Source: Mizuhopecten yessoensis (Eukaryota). From it: a stretch of 64,000 bases of DNA. The position numbers and the translations under genes are program-made. The notes beneath the pieces are model-generated. The model ran no database searches. It was not told where the DNA came from and worked only from the letters and a program-made list of their open reading frames with translations. The stretch is from positions 142,705 through 206,704 of the forward strand of contig NW_018404536.1 of NCBI RefSeq assembly GCF_002113885.1, given 5' to 3'. Below are positions 1 through 18,152 of this stretch, piece after piece (position 1 is the stretch's first letter; each line of letters opens with the position of its first letter).

Positions 1-934
1 ATCTAGATAAACAAAATATTTGCACTGTGTTGAAATTGCTTAATCATTTATAATAAAAATTATAAAAATTAAAATGGAGCAGTAAAATATTCACCATTTA
101 CAGACTAACATATCAATCCTTTTTATCATAAGAATTTTGTTCACAGTTGGTCAGATAACAATTAACTGACAGCTATAAAAAAAAACGAGAAATTAGTGAA
201 TATTTTTACATTATTAAACAAGATGCCCATAAGGTCCATATTGCTCATTTGTTTCTTTTGTAATCTTAACATTAGCCCGAAGAGAGCTATACTTTTCATT
301 TGTACATTTAACTACAAATGATTTCCAACGACCAAAGACACTTCCGACCTGATCCATAGATACATCATATATATATATGGTTATAGGTAAGGATCTAAGT
401 CTTTCCATGTAAGGACTCCAGGACTAAGTCACCAGGGGGAAGGCAGCACCCCTGTGCAGTCATGGTAGAATAAAAGTATTTGTAACATTTTACCCAGCAA
501 TAATATATATATAAATCATATAATGTACTGTGTTATCCAGTGAATATACCCATGTCATATTGTTTTGCCTATTAACCCATACAATATGACATATCAGCCC
601 TGTGTTTGGTTGTAAGTTTTAATTGTTTCAATTGTGATGTCACGCCTAGGACAAGTACATGACTTCACAGACTTTATGCATTGGAGTCAAAATGGCAGCT
701 TTTTACATTTCAAGGTTGCATGAAAATTGTTGTTTTACACGAATAAATGCCACAATTAAATCTTGATTATGTGATAAAAATGATCTTACACTCGTTTTCA
801 TTTCATATGAAATTTATGAAACTTGTCACAAATGTTTCATTTTAGTTTGCCAGAGGCTCGATTAATTGAAAACTTCTTCAGACTCGTTTTATAAATCTCA
901 TATGAAATGGAAACTCATGTAATATCCTATATAA

Positions 935-1060
935 ATATGGTTATGGTATGGGGATCTTCATCGCTTTCACATTATGAACCAGGTAGTAAGTCCCTTTGAG
1001 TCGGGTTGAACCCTGGGGCCAATCTTGGTAAAATAACGTATTCTCTTAACTCATGACCAC
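935..1060 (-). mobile_element. Short degenerate tRNA-derived SINE-like element (diverged relative at about 375-490)
   Basis: Minus strand shows an A-box-like GTGGTCATGAGTTAAG and a B-box-like GGTTCAACCC. It shares the ATATGGTTAT...GGATCT end with the 375-490 segment. Confidence 0.35.
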
Positions 1061-1902
1061 TATGTGTGTATCTGGTTATACATGTACGGTGGGAATATAA
1101 ATTGTTTCTAAATAGTACTACAGTACACCCACAATTCCCCTAGTGGGGTCTCTCCGGCCCTAGTACGTAACAATCTGTGAAGTCCCATTGAGGGAGTTTT
1201 AAGCTGCCTTTTAATGGTTAAATTTCCTAATTTTTATGGCTGTCACAATAAAATGGAAAACCGGCATATTGCAATACACCAGTATATCATAATGTGTGCC
1301 AAACAGAAATGGAATATCGCTGTATCAAAACATTTTTCAAAGGCTTATTTTTATGCATTTTTTATAATGTATCAGCTATGCATTTTACTTTGCAAAATAC
1401 TAGATATTCTAACAGATATCCTTATACCCATAAGTAGGCTATTGCTAGCGGTGAGAATCGGTTGTTCCATGATCAGTAGTTAGTTTAATGAAAACCTTAA
1501 AGATGATATACAATTCTGTTGATAACATTCAAACAACAATTTCCTTTTGAACTGGGCACTTTATTCCTATGAGAGTATTTCGGTGCATGTATTGCAATGG
1601 ATTCCCTCTGTTGCAATATATCGTGATACACTCCAGGTGTATCATTGCATCCCTACAATTATTTTTTTACTGTAAATTATTATTTGGTTAAAATCAATCA
1701 AGCTGCTCTTCAGAAGTAGTCTTTTGAAGGTAAACATCCATCAATTCCCTGTATTTGGTCCTGTCCCTGAGACAGCCCCCAGGGGACAAAACTCTTCCTT
1801 TATACAACATTAGATGTTCTGGTTCCAAAGATGTATCATTGTGAATTTGGTTAAAATCCAATCAGAAGCTTATGAGGTTTACGTTTTATACTAAATACTT
1901 AC

Positions 1903-3906
1903 TCTGACATAGGGATCAGGCATCTTGGACCGCAGATCTCTCATTCTCAGATCTCGACATTTGATGACCTTCACCAGAAGGAGACTGCGTTTGAAATCAT
2001 ATTTGAAGGAAAGTTGAATTTCTCCTCTGACGTCCTCCGTTACTTTCATCATAGTTGGATCCAAAGTCTTGTATAACCCTTTCAGTAACTGGGTGTTTTT
2101 CTGGAGAATGATAGTCATACAATAATGTAACATTCGTCAATTCTAAAACTTACTGATTGAAAAAAAATTACATTCAATATTAGACTTGAACATTGAATAA
2201 ATTATCAGTAAATAGGTACCAAGGTACCTGAGAAATGCCGAGGAGTATGGTGTTCTGTATATTAAAAGTCACCAGCAATTACCCAGCAATGTAGTGTATA
2301 ACAGTAGAACACTGTTTCTGTCACTTTGATAAATTAGTAACTGGCCTTCAATATCATACTACATTTTTTTTAAATTAACTTTATATGAAAATTCCGAAAT
2401 AGGTTTGGTTAAAATAATGTAATGACATTTTAGTTGTTTTATGTTTATACACAAAAAAAAGGTAATTCAATCAATAAAGTCAATTAATTATTATTTACAA
2501 AATATTGTGAATCTAGGGTTTAGAGTATTGGGAAGGGGAGGTAAAGGGTGCAAAGTTCATTTCAAAAAAATCCTCTTTTTTATTTAAACAAGAGGCCCAA
2601 TGGGCCTGCATCGCTCACCTGGTATAAAGCTCACACTTGTAACCTTAAAAGTGATCTAAAATAAAGCTACAGGCAAAATATCAGTATTTATTATTAAAAT
2701 TCATTCAAAAGACCCTGTTATTTTTTTTTAAAACATTTCACCCCTGTGATTGAAAGTCGAACAAAGTCATTATGTTGAACAAATTTTATAGCCTTTCATC
2801 TCAGGATGCAACTTGCAAAGTATCAACATCCTGGGACCCATGGTTATTCAGAAGAGGTCATTTAAAGATTTTAAACAAATTTGACCCCTGTGACATTGAA
2901 TATAACTCAAAGTCATTCACTTTAACAAACATAGTAGTCCTTGATCCCAGCATGCTACTGACTAAATATCAACATCCTGAGCCTTTTGGTTATTCAGAAC
3001 AAGTTGTTTAAATATTTTGAACATATTTGCTCCTTGTGACCTTGCATATGATTCAAGGTCATACATTTAAACAAACTGGGTAGCCCTTGATCCTAGTATG
3101 CTACTGACTAAATATCATCACCCTGGGCATTTTGGTTATTCAGAAGAAGTTGTTAAAAGTTTTTAACATATTTTATGCATGTGACCTTGAATATGGGTGA
3201 AGGTCATTTATTCGAACAAACTTTGTAGCCCTTTATCTCAGCATGCTACTGGCCAAATATCATTACCCTGGGCATTTTGGTTATTGATAAGAAGTTGTTT
3301 AAAGTTTTTAACATATTTGACCACTGTGACCTTGAATATGGGTGAAGGTCATTCATTTGAACAAACTTTGTAGCCCTTCATCTCAGCATGCTACTGGCCA
3401 AATATCATATCCCTGGGCAGTTTGGTTATCGAGAAGAAGATGTTTAAAGTTTTTAACATATTTGACCCCTGTGACCTTGAAAATGGGTGAAGGTCATTAA
3501 TTTTAACAAACTTTGTAGCCCTTCATCCCAGTTTGCTTTTGACCAAATATCGACACCCTAGGCCTTTCGGTTATTAAGAAGAAGTCGTGCCAGGTGAGCT
3601 AAAAAACTTAATTTATTTAGAAATGATCTTTTTATAATTTTCAATGTATTGTCCTTTATTGTTATCATTTTTTTTATCATTATCATAAACAAGAAGTAAG
3701 CCTAATGTAGTAATGTAGATATGTGGTTTACACCGAGTGCCTACCATGTTCTCGTCGTGTTTGTCCCAGCCTTTCACAGCAACAACTTGGTTGTGATCTG
3801 CCTTTGCTGTCATCAAACGTGATAACCCATAGATTTTCTGTGGATTTTGCCGAACTCGGCCCTCTTCCACATCTTTTGATGAGGAGTGTGACTGATTTCC
3901 ACCCAT
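1903..3906 (-). CDS. C2-domain (synaptotagmin-like) protein, partial: first two coding exons; gene continues toward or past the left window edge
   Basis: Exons 3906-3745 (MGGNQSHSSS...DENM, donor gtaggc) and 2100-1903 (acceptor ttctccag, KNTQ...GEIQLSFKYDFKRSLLLVKVIKCRDLRMRDLRSKMPDPYVR, donor gtaagt) join in phase 0. GEIQLS-Y...L-VKVI-C-DL...DPYV is the start of a synaptotagmin-type C2A domain. A possible next acceptor lies at 3-5. Confidence 0.8.
2586..3605 (-). mobile_element. Non-autonomous Helentron-type (HINE/DINE-1-like) element with an internal ~145-147 bp tandem array
   Basis: Ends are AACAAGAGGCCCAATGGGCCT...GCTCACCTGG and CCAGGTGAGCTAAAA (sub-TIR plus 3' stem-loop). About 5-6 tandem units (GACCTTGAATATGGGTGAAGGTCA recurs at 3183, 3328, 3473). 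Same family as 45379-46683. Confidence 0.8.
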
Positions 3907-5098
3907 CTTTTTTTGATAATGCAAACCTGTAACATAAAAAGGAACACAACATCAATGTACAATATATTCATCTAGCGGGTCAGGAGCCTGTTTGTTTGAC
4001 TTACAAATATTCAATTCTTTTGGAAGTTTTGATTGGATCTGGTAATCCCATATGAAGCATTTTCTAAACAGATTAAAACCAGATCCTGATTTAATGATTC
4101 TCTGGTATATTACAGTAAGCATATATATATATATACATAACAGGTCAAAGATCCATAAAAATGTCAGTTTCTGTACATGACATACCTACAGGTATTGATT
4201 ATTTAAATAATTGTGATTTTGAACATACATGAGTACTATTTAACATTAATATTCATCTGTCCCTGACTGCAGATGATTATACCGGTACCTGCTTACAGGC
4301 ACAAATAATCTCAATGTTATGTTTTTTCCCCAATCAGATTATATACCCTTTTTACTACTGTACTTATCAAAGTTTAATTTCCGTTTGAGAAGATGATAAG
4401 CTATTACATGCTTTGTTTTTTACAAGTATGTTGGCCATATATAGGTTATAAGCTTTAGACTTTATAAGGGTCTTTATTTCAAGGATAGCAAAGTGTTAAA
4501 ACTAAACTATGGAATAATGTCAGACAAGCTATTTTACTAATCTGGCCGTCAAAGTTGGTCAGCCTAGGTCATTTTGTCAGATGGAAGTGGGTCAAGGTCA
4601 TGCATTTGAACAAAATCAACAGCCCTTAATCCGAAAATGCTGTTGGACAAATATCATCAAACAAATTGACGGAAGAACAAGGCAGCTACATATATATATA
4701 CAGTCCCTCTCTACTTCATATTCAGTTATCAAAACCGAATATCAAATCATCATTTAAAATACCTAAAAATATATAACGAAAAATGTATACAATGGATCTG
4801 AATAACATTGTAAGGTGATTTTTGTAATTTCTTCAATCATCTTGCTTCCCCCTATAAAAAAAAAAATGAAAAAAAATGACTTACAATACAGTACATAGTA
4901 CCTGCCCGAGCTGAGTATTAAATTGATCCTATGCCTTGAAATGGAGCAAGCCTGGTGTGAATCACACCAGGGTGATTTTAGCAATAATTGACTGCACGTG
5001 GGTCCGCATTAATACACTGGTTTGTAATTAATATAAATTATTTCTGTTGATCTCCTATATAACATGACGTTCAGCTCTGTCTAAAATGTCATTGAATT

Positions 5099-5459
5099 AT
5101 AATAATAACAATTTGAGGTTCTTTACTGATACTGCTTTATCACAAACTAGGTCCTAAATCGTCTCAAGGTGGTTCACAAATTATTATCCATTGTTATTGG
5201 GCCTTAGAAACCAGCAAATATGTTTCTCAACTCACTGGGGAGCATACAGCCGGTGCTGCCATTTAGGCGCTCACAGCTAGCATTACTAAATAGTAACCGT
5301 TCCATCACTGCCCAACAATGTACAGTGAGTCACTTACAGCTGAGTAGACCGGAACAAGCCAAGTATCTTGTTCAAGGATACAAAACAGTGCTGCGACGTG
5401 ACTCGAACCTGCAACCCTTCGGTCATGAGGCTGGCGTCCTACCATTAGACTAGTGTGCC
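5099..5459 (-). mobile_element. tRNA-derived SINE
   Basis: Minus-strand head GGCACACTAGTCTAATGGTAGG (A box) and GGTTCGAGTC (B box), body TCCTTGAACAAGATACTT...ACTCAGCTG, and a (TTA)n-like tail. Confidence 0.7.
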
Positions 5460-6067
5460 TCCATTTATAAAGTTTACGTAGCGAGGGCAATCAAAATCTG
5501 AATTGACCGCCATAATGGAAACTTTGTCTCTCTTTCGATATAGGTCATACGTCTTGGATGAATGAGTCATTTTTCATTTTGTAGAGAGTGGTAAGCCTTT
5601 GATCTTTTCTTTTATCAGCTAAAGAGCGCCATTCTAGGGTGTTGAGCATGTCACAGATGCTCAAGGGTGTTTCTAAACTTGGAGATGTAACAGGCTCCTC
5701 CAAGTTGAATCATTTCAATTTTGTTTATGTCTGTTTTGGTTTGTGGGTTCAAGGTAGATAGATATGCCTGTTGACTGTTTTGGATCCTACTTTGGTGTTT
5801 CTTCTTAAACAAGCCATTCAGATTTATATGTCTCACCTATATGCCCCACTTTGACCATCATTGCATATATCAGAGACAATAGGTTATATGGCCCCATCCA
5901 GCATTTGATGCATGGGTTGAGATGACATCATGTACTACCCAAGATGCACGCACTATGGTCCAAGTTTAGTTGGTCTAGCACTTATACTTTCAGTGAAACT
6001 ATCTTAAATGCAAAAACTTAATGTTGACAGTGCCAACTCGCCGGAAAATCAACATCTTAATATCACT

Positions 6068-6290
6068 CTACTTTGTCAAGTGGCAAGAAAAACCTAATGT
6101 TGAATTTGTTTTAGAACATATATCATTAATATGGGTTTCCCACTTTAAATTTGATTGTAGAGTAACACTCAAATACTTTGCTTTGGAGATGTGCTGAACT
6201 GTAGTTGTCTTCTGTGAAGCACATATGGATAATGGACATTGTTTTTGTTGATTAGAGACGAAGAGTACAGTACATTTATCAGAAAGGACA
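6068..6290 (-). pseudogene. Old LINE (CR1/L2-like) reverse transcriptase fragment
   Basis: Translation KAKYLSVTLQSNLKWETHINDICSKTNSTLGF matches the KYLG-L-W--HI--I--KA---LG motif at the end of LINE RT domains. Confidence 0.65.
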
Positions 6291-6339
6291 TATATATCCC
6301 ATTTAAGTTGGCATATAGTGACCAATCGTAGCTCTGACA

Positions 6340-7367
6340 TTTGATTTAAACATTTATTTGTCATTCAACAAAAAGGATTAGGCACAAGTTATCTCAACTT
6401 AGAAATGCCCTCTCCAATACATTTCATTATATTGATTACATGACAACAACAACAAATATATTTATAATATATAGGAACAAAGAAGAAAGGAAGGGAAAAG
6501 TGAAGAAAAAGAAATTTAGAAGAATAAGAAAGAGAGATGATAGGATAATACTACTAACCTTAAAATCTGTTACTATTTTTAATGTAGGTTTGGACTATAT
6601 ATGGAAGATATTTTCATTGTCTTCATCTGACAAATTTGGAGAACAGTACATAATAACATTTAGAGAAATATTACAATAACGTGAGATATCATCAATCAAA
6701 ATTTGTCTTTGTCTGATATACAGCATACAATCAAAAAAGTAATGGACTGCATTTTCACATTCATTTCCACATGCACACATTGGATCACCTACAATATTAA
6801 CTCTATACAAATCATAATTTAAACTACTACATGAATGACGCAATCGTGTATGTAAAATATTTAGTTTTCGATTTCCTACATGAAAAAAAATAGGCAAAAA
6901 GTAACCTTGGTTACGCTGAATCGATGATTTAAAAATGTTAACGGATGGCTGCTCTCTGACAGTATTTGGTAAATAAATGTTCCATAGTCTTATAGAAGAA
7001 GGAATAAAGGATTGAAATGAACTAGACAGATGGAAATTGGGAACAGTGTAGTTTTCAGTATTTCTTAAGTTGTAGCTATGGCGTTCGCATACTTTAGGAG
7101 GAAAAATGTTAGTTAAATAAGAAGGTGTTTGTTTATTATGGAGTTTGTACATTAAGGAAAGTTTCTTAAGTTTTCTTCTTTCAGATAGAGGTTCAAGTTG
7201 GGATTCTTGATACAGTGATTGTTTACTAGAAAAAGAGGGTAGGCCAGTAATAATTCTTGCTGCTTCAAGCTGAACTTGTTCAAGTTTAGTTAGATCTGCC
7301 AGAGAACAACCATCCCAAACTTCACAGGCATATTCCAACACAGGCAACACAAATACTTTATATATTC
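6340..7367 (-). mobile_element. 5'-truncated CR1/L2-like LINE with intact ORF2 C-terminus and 10-bp TSD
   Basis: ORF 7350-6595 (PVLEYACEVWD...LEQVQLEAARIITG...CACG...E...HYFFDC) is post-RT LINE ORF2 sequence. The 3' UTR has AATAAA. The direct repeat AGCTCTGACA at 6330-6339 and 7368-7377 flanks it. Confidence 0.85.
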
Positions 7368-7861
7368 AGCTCTGACAATACAATTATACAAAAATTGTCT
7401 AATCGCCAGGAGCTATGTTATCGCAGCTATAATGAAAGTACAGTACCCTATTTTTTCCAATAATGTTTAAAAAAAAATGGCCTTTGAACATAATGTTGAC
7501 ATATTTTTCTTATTTCATTTGAAAAAAAAGGACAAACTATATGTCATGGCATTTAGAATCTTCTTCTTCTTCCTTGTATTTGCCTCCTTCAACTGGTTGA
7601 AGATACTGAATATGCATAGCACTGTCATATTTGAAAATATAATAATCAAGTTTTCGCTTTCAATTTAGATTTATTTTTATTGTCAATATTTTGGGGGCTT
7701 AGATAAATTTGCAGTAAATTAGGCTATTAAGTTACTATTTCAGTAAAAAATATCTAAAATTTCAGCAGCTCTTTATGTTGCAATAATTGTTATGTTTTAC
7801 ATGTTCGGTTGGTCTTTTAAGACAGCAGACTAGATTTATCAACCCTGGCCTAGTAACTTAC

Positions 7862-8248
7862 CAGCAGTCGAGCACCTGCTAGTCATTAGACGGCAGCCAT
7901 TACAGTTTACCTTAGTGACGTCAGAGCGCCATCTTGAGGAAATGTTTTATATTCTATAAAATTTATAGATTGAGCAGGAAATGTATATTTCCCTTTTGTT
8001 TTATATCAATTTCAAAAATGTAGAAATTTTGTTGATTCACTGGATAAATAAACATATCTGATTATCTTGACGTTATTATTATCATGAAATCTCGAGAAAT
8101 CTCGCAATGTGCCACGTGAGCCAGCCCTTTACACAACGGCGACACGACCATCCGGGTGTAGTTTTGCATCCGTGCTGTTGTAAGTCGCAGTTTTTCGTTG
8201 AACTGCGCTGAACCTGTTTTGCAGATACAGTCAGACGTATCTGCCATC
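7862..8248. promoter_or_regulatory. Probable bidirectional promoter region (SEC61A and the C2-domain gene)
   Basis: CpG-enriched. Contains CRE TGACGTCA (7916-7923), YY1-like GCGCCATCTT (7926-7935) and GCCACGT (8111-8117, XBP1/UPRE-like). A strong minus-strand donor CTG|gtaagt at 7862/7861 suggests a divergent first exon. Confidence 0.5.
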
Positions 8249-12988
<4,740 letters not shown>

Positions 12989-14145
12989 ATAACGAAATTG
13001 ACATTTTAATAACAGATTGATAATAAGTCAATTACCTACATGCTGAACATGTAGAGTAAAGCTGCCATAAGAAGACTGTGGTGTCATACTTGCACAATCC
13101 TGACTCCATATTTGAGCATTTCATCTGGGGATGATCAACATCCAGTACTTAATATATGATCTGCAGTTAATTATACTGGTTTTAAAAACTTCATAAGATT
13201 TATGTGTTGTTTAAAAGACTTAAAGAAAAAGATGAAATGTTGCACAGTATGGCTACGTATGATAAATGAATTAATTAAAGGAATTATATGACAGACTGGC
13301 AGCTTTAATAAAATAAACCGTTTTGTTATAATCGCAGGCATTTAATAGAAAGTGATAAGAAATATGTACAATCACAAATATCTGCATCGTGTAGAAACCT
13401 CAAGAAAATAAGTATTTCTGTGACAGAAAATATGTATATTAGGTTCTTTTTTAAGAAACAAAGAAAATAAGTAGTCGTTTCATATTTATATTTTATTCAT
13501 CAAGGACAACGTTGAACACTTTATTTCCTATCTGCTCTGGGTTTTGGTGACTTGAGTTGAGAAATTGAATGTAAGAAGAGAAAGTGACTGTGAAAATGCA
13601 GGATGTTTTACCTTTAGTCATTCAACATTAAATGTCCTCTTGATGTTGTGATATGTGTTTGTTTCTTTATTTCATGAAAAATGTGGTTTTTATTTCCACA
13701 ATGAAGGAGATGTTAACATTTTAGATACATTTGGGCGTTAACATTTTAGATACATTTGGGCGTTAACATTTTTGCATTAAGTTCAGTTATGAACCAAGTG
13801 CTGCAGCTAGGGTCGCTCAACTTCACCTGCTGATGTTCCTTGAGAACAGCATTAATTTTTGTAAGGGGTTTCATGTATGCCCCAATTGGTCCAGGGTTTC
13901 TGAACACATATATTTCATGAAGACCAAAGCAAAGTTTGAAATTGAGGCTAATATGCAGATGATCTGTTTCTGTTCTGTGATTCATCAAAGGTTAATGATA
14001 AAATATTTTTATAAAATCGGACTTGATTTTGATGAAACTCTGTAAATATTTGCAAAATTTGTCGGTAAGGATGAAGCACTGAGAAGGTCTTTGGTTTTGA
14101 TGAACCTATTGAGGGCAAAAAAGTGGGGGATACAAATATCCTTTT

Positions 14146-15757
14146 TTAGCTCGCTGGGTCCAAAGGACCAAGGTGAGCTTATGCCATACCGTGGCGTCCG
14201 TTCGTCAACTATTTCTTTAAACGACTTCTTCTTAACCACTGATTGGAATTTAACTAAATTTGACTGGAAGCATTCATATGTGGTGGGGATTCAAAATTGT
14301 ACAAATGGGGGGGTTGACCCTCCAGGGGGCTGAGGGGTGGGGCAAAAAGGGGTCAATTTGGCAATATTGCTTTAAGCGAATTCTTCTCTGGAACTAAGAA
14401 GTGGATATTGACCATATTTGAATGGAAGCATCCCTAGGTGGTGGTGTTTCAAAATTGTACAAATGATGGGGCTGAGGGGCGGGGCAAAAAGGGGACAATT
14501 TGGCTATACTGCTTTCAGCGACTTCTTCTCTGGAATTCCGAGATCGATATCGACCATATTCGACTGGAAGCATCCCTAGGTGGTGGGGATTCAAAATTGT
14601 ACAAATGGTGGGGCTGAGGGCGGGGACAATTTGGCTATATTGCTATAAACGACTTCTTCTGTAGAACCATGCCATGGATATTGATCATATTTGGTTGGAA
14701 GTATTCATGGGAGGCAGGGATTCAAAATTGAACAAATGGTGGGACTGACCCCCCGGGCTAAGGGGTGGGGCCAAAAAAAGTGTCTTTCTTGGAAATGGTT
14801 GAGATCCCCAGCATATAACCATGGTATACAATTGCTGAGTATAAAGAGAAGAATGCACATTTGCTTCCAGGATGGCTATAGGGTCTGGCCCCACCCTTGG
14901 CCATAACTTTAAAACTGTTTAGATCCCCATCCAAAAACTATATAGACAAATGCTGGGCATAAAAAGACGAATGCAGTCATGGTATCAGAATAGACCCAGG
15001 GGTCTGACCGATCCCCTAGGGACCTAGTTTGTTGGTCACAACTGGGAAACAGTTGAGAGCCCCACCCTATAACGGTATATACAATTGCTGAGTATAAAGA
15101 GATGATTGCACATATGCTTCCAGGATGGCCCTTGGGAATCAGCCCCACCCTTGGAGACTTAACCCCTGGGTCATAACTTCGAAATGGTTTAGATCCCCAC
15201 CCCAAAACTATCTATACATTTGTTTGGCATAAAAAGATGAATGCAGTCATGGTATCAGAATAGATCCAGGGGTCTGACCGATCCCCTAGGGACCTAATTT
15301 GTTGGTCACAACTGGGAACCAGTTGAGAGCCCCACCCTATAACGGTATATACAATTGCTGAGTATAAAGAGATGATTGCACATATGCTTCCAGGATGGCC
15401 TTTGGGACTCAGCCCCACCCTTGGAGACTTAGCCCCTGGGTCATAACTTTGAAACGGTTGAGATCCCCAGCCCAAAACTATATATACAAATGCTGGGCAA
15501 AAAGAGACAAATGCAGTCACCATATTACACTTGATCCTGGGGTCTGGCCACACCCCTAGGGACCTGGTTTCTGAGTCAAAGCTTGAAAACAGTTGAGATC
15601 CCCACCCCATAACCATACATACAATTGCTGGGCATGAAAGATCTAATACAGATATGCTACAAGGTTTGGCCTTGGGGTCTGGCATATTCCCTTGATCTCA
15701 TTTGGAGAATGTTTTGTCATGATTGCTTTGGTATCCAGGCCCTCTGGGCCTCTAGTT
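14146..15757 (+). mobile_element. Helentron-type (HINE) element with two different internal tandem arrays
   Basis: 5' TTAGCTCGCTGGGTCCAAAGGACCAAGGTGAGCTT (sub-TIR/IR), then a CGTC-type microsatellite, ~130-150 bp units, 270-bp units (ATGCAGTCA at 14971, 15241, 15511), and a 3' stem-loop AGGCCCTCTGGGCCTCTAGTT. Confidence 0.8.
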
Positions 15758-16150
15758 TTTGTATGGTTTGAAATATAGATATGGAACTAAATATCCGGTA
15801 CATATACCAGACCACCCAATCAGAATTCTTTTTCTAAATAAAGAGGCTGCAGATAACTATCTTGGTCAATTTTTGGCTGTACTCTTTGTGTTTTAAATAT
15901 AGTCATGAAAAGGTGACATTTTCATAGGACTGTTCACAGATTATACTCATTTCAAGCAATGCTGGTTATTTAATTCCAACACCTTTTGAAACAATCTGAA
16001 AACAGCTTAATAATTAATAATAATTTTTAAAATGTTCATTACCAATTTTTTTTTTAATATATATATAAGGACAAGTAATAATATATTATCAGGAGCCCAA
16101 CAAATTGAGGTCACTTGTATCTTCCCCGCAAGTGAGACAGGTTAAATATA

Positions 16151-17563
16151 TACTAGCGGAAAAAAGAAACTGCATGCCTAAAATGTGTTATAAAAATAAA
16201 TGTGTATGACGTAGAACAACAAGGTTTTCAGGGACAATTTATTTTCTATTTATTAACAGTTGCATTCCATTTTCCACGTTATGGAATCAATAAGTTACGT
16301 TCAGGAGCGACGTAAACACAGCAGGGGCCAATACTGAGTTCACAAAGTTAATACCTTGTATGTACACCGTTTGCCTGAATGCAAGTCTGGCAACGTCGAC
16401 GCATGGAGCCTATCAGACGGTTCAAGAATGCTTGTGGGATGGCATTCCAGATCTGTACCAACGCTGCAGCCAAATCAGCCAACGTCACCAGTTGATTAGG
16501 TAATGCCCGTAATCTGCGCTTCATTTCATCGTAGACGTGTTCAATGAGCGACAGATCGGAGGATACAGCAGGTCAGGGCAACACGTCAACGTTCTGCTGG
16601 GCCAGAAAGTCCATAGCGACACGAGCTGTGTGTGGCCTGGCGTTGTCCTGCTGTAGCCTAATGTGACGTTGCTGTCCTTGCACGAATGGAACGATGTGGG
16701 TTCGGAGGATCTCGTCATGGTAACGTAGCGCGTTCAAATTCCCGTTAACAACCACCAGAGGCGTTCTCCAGTTGGCTGTGATGCCGCCCCAAATCATAAT
16801 GCTGCCTCCCCCTAAAGAACGTCGTTGTACCACACACGCGTCACGGAAACGTTCTCCAATGCGACGATACACTCTGGAACGTCTGTTACTACTATCCAGG
16901 TGGACTCACGACTCGTCCGTAAACAAAATGTGTGCCCAATCCCGTCGAGTAAATTGCAGATGCCTTCTGCACCAGTCCAGGCGTGCTACAAGATGATGTA
17001 ACACAAGAACTTGGCGGATTGCAGGACGTCGCGGACGGATAGTTCGTTTTCGGTTCTGTACAGTTCTCGGGCTTATTGGTAGCAACCCCAGGGATTGTCC
17101 GTGAAGTCAAACTTGCCGTTAAGCGATTGTCAATTGGCAAGCTGAATATGGTTGTCCTGTTGACGTGATGTCACACGTGGACGTCACGCACAAGGTCGAT
17201 CGCCGACGCCCCCAAACTGTTGATGTCGTCTCCACAAATCCCGGATTGTGTTTCAATGGACATGAAAACGTGTAGAGACGGCTTGGCCCATACCAATAAT
17301 CCGGAGGCGGTCATTTTCATAGAGCCACGGCATAGCATTAATCACAAATTAAAACGTTATAATGCTGTTTTTACTGTTCACTGGTCTCAACAGAGTGACC
17401 CAACAGTTGAAAAATAAACTTTCATTGTCGAATTGGATGGCTGAACGAGAAAAACGTGCAAACTGGTCAACGCCTATAGAGAGCAAATTGCACAAGAACT
17501 GTCAGTGGTAATACATGTTCTGAAACAATTCTCAACATGCACAGTTTCTTTTTTCCGCTAGTA
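16151..17563 (-). mobile_element. Tc1-family DNA transposon (DD34E), transposase inactivated
   Basis: 22-bp TIRs TACTAGCGGAAAAAAGAAACTG / CAGTTTCTTTTTTCCGCTAGTA in a TA context. Motifs ILFTDES, GGGSIMIWG, LQQDNARPH, (W->TGA)PAVSSDLSLIEHV, with 34 residues between the second D and E. In-frame stop at 16573-16575 plus frameshifts. Confidence 0.92.
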
Positions 17564-17588
17564 TATTTACAATCTATAGCCTTAATAC

Positions 17589-17712
17589 ACCATTTGGATT
17601 ATCTCCCTTTATCATTGTAATGTTGCAAAGTCGAACCATTTGGATTATCTCCCTTTATCATTGTAATGGTGCAAAGTGTAACCATTTGGATTATCTCCCT
17701 TTATCATTGTAT
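17589..17712. repeat. 46-bp tandem repeat, about 2.7 copies
   Basis: ACCATTTGGATTATCTCCCTTTATCATTGTA starts at 17589, 17635 and 17681. Confidence 0.9.
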
Positions 17713-17807
17713 TGTTCATTTAAGAGATTGATGATAAGTTAATGTTTCTAATATGCACAAAATAAGATAAAGAAGTTTTCAATAACTAGACCGATTAAAG
17801 AACTAAA

Positions 17808-18147
17808 ACAAGATTACAACATGTTACCCTTAGTTATAACAAGATTACATTAGTTGCAACATGTTACCCTTAGTTACAACAACATTACATAAGTTGCAAC
17901 ATGTTACCCTTAGTTACAACAAGATTACATTAGTTACAACATGTTACCCTTAGTTACAACAAGATTACATTAGTTACAACATGATACCCTTAGTTACAAC
18001 AAGATTACATTATTTACAACATGTTACCCTTAGTTACAACAAGATTACATTAGTTACAACATGTTACCCTTAGTTACAACAAGATTACATTAGTTACAAC
18101 ATGTTACCCTTAGTTACAACAGGATTACATTAGTTGCAACATGATAC
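17808..18147. repeat. 40-bp minisatellite (20-bp heterodimer), about 8.5 copies; remnant at 18551-18580
   Basis: Unit ATGTTACCCTTAGTTACAACAAGATTACATTAGTTACAAC. Confidence 0.95.
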
Positions 18148-18152
18148 GCCTA

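Noticed and set aside
14394-15685. ORFs of 66-157 aa
   Set aside because: They lie within the tandem arrays of a non-autonomous element and show no protein motif.
17808-18147. CRISPR-like appearance of regular repeats
   Set aside because: Head-to-tail units with no unique spacers, no cas genes and a eukaryotic context.
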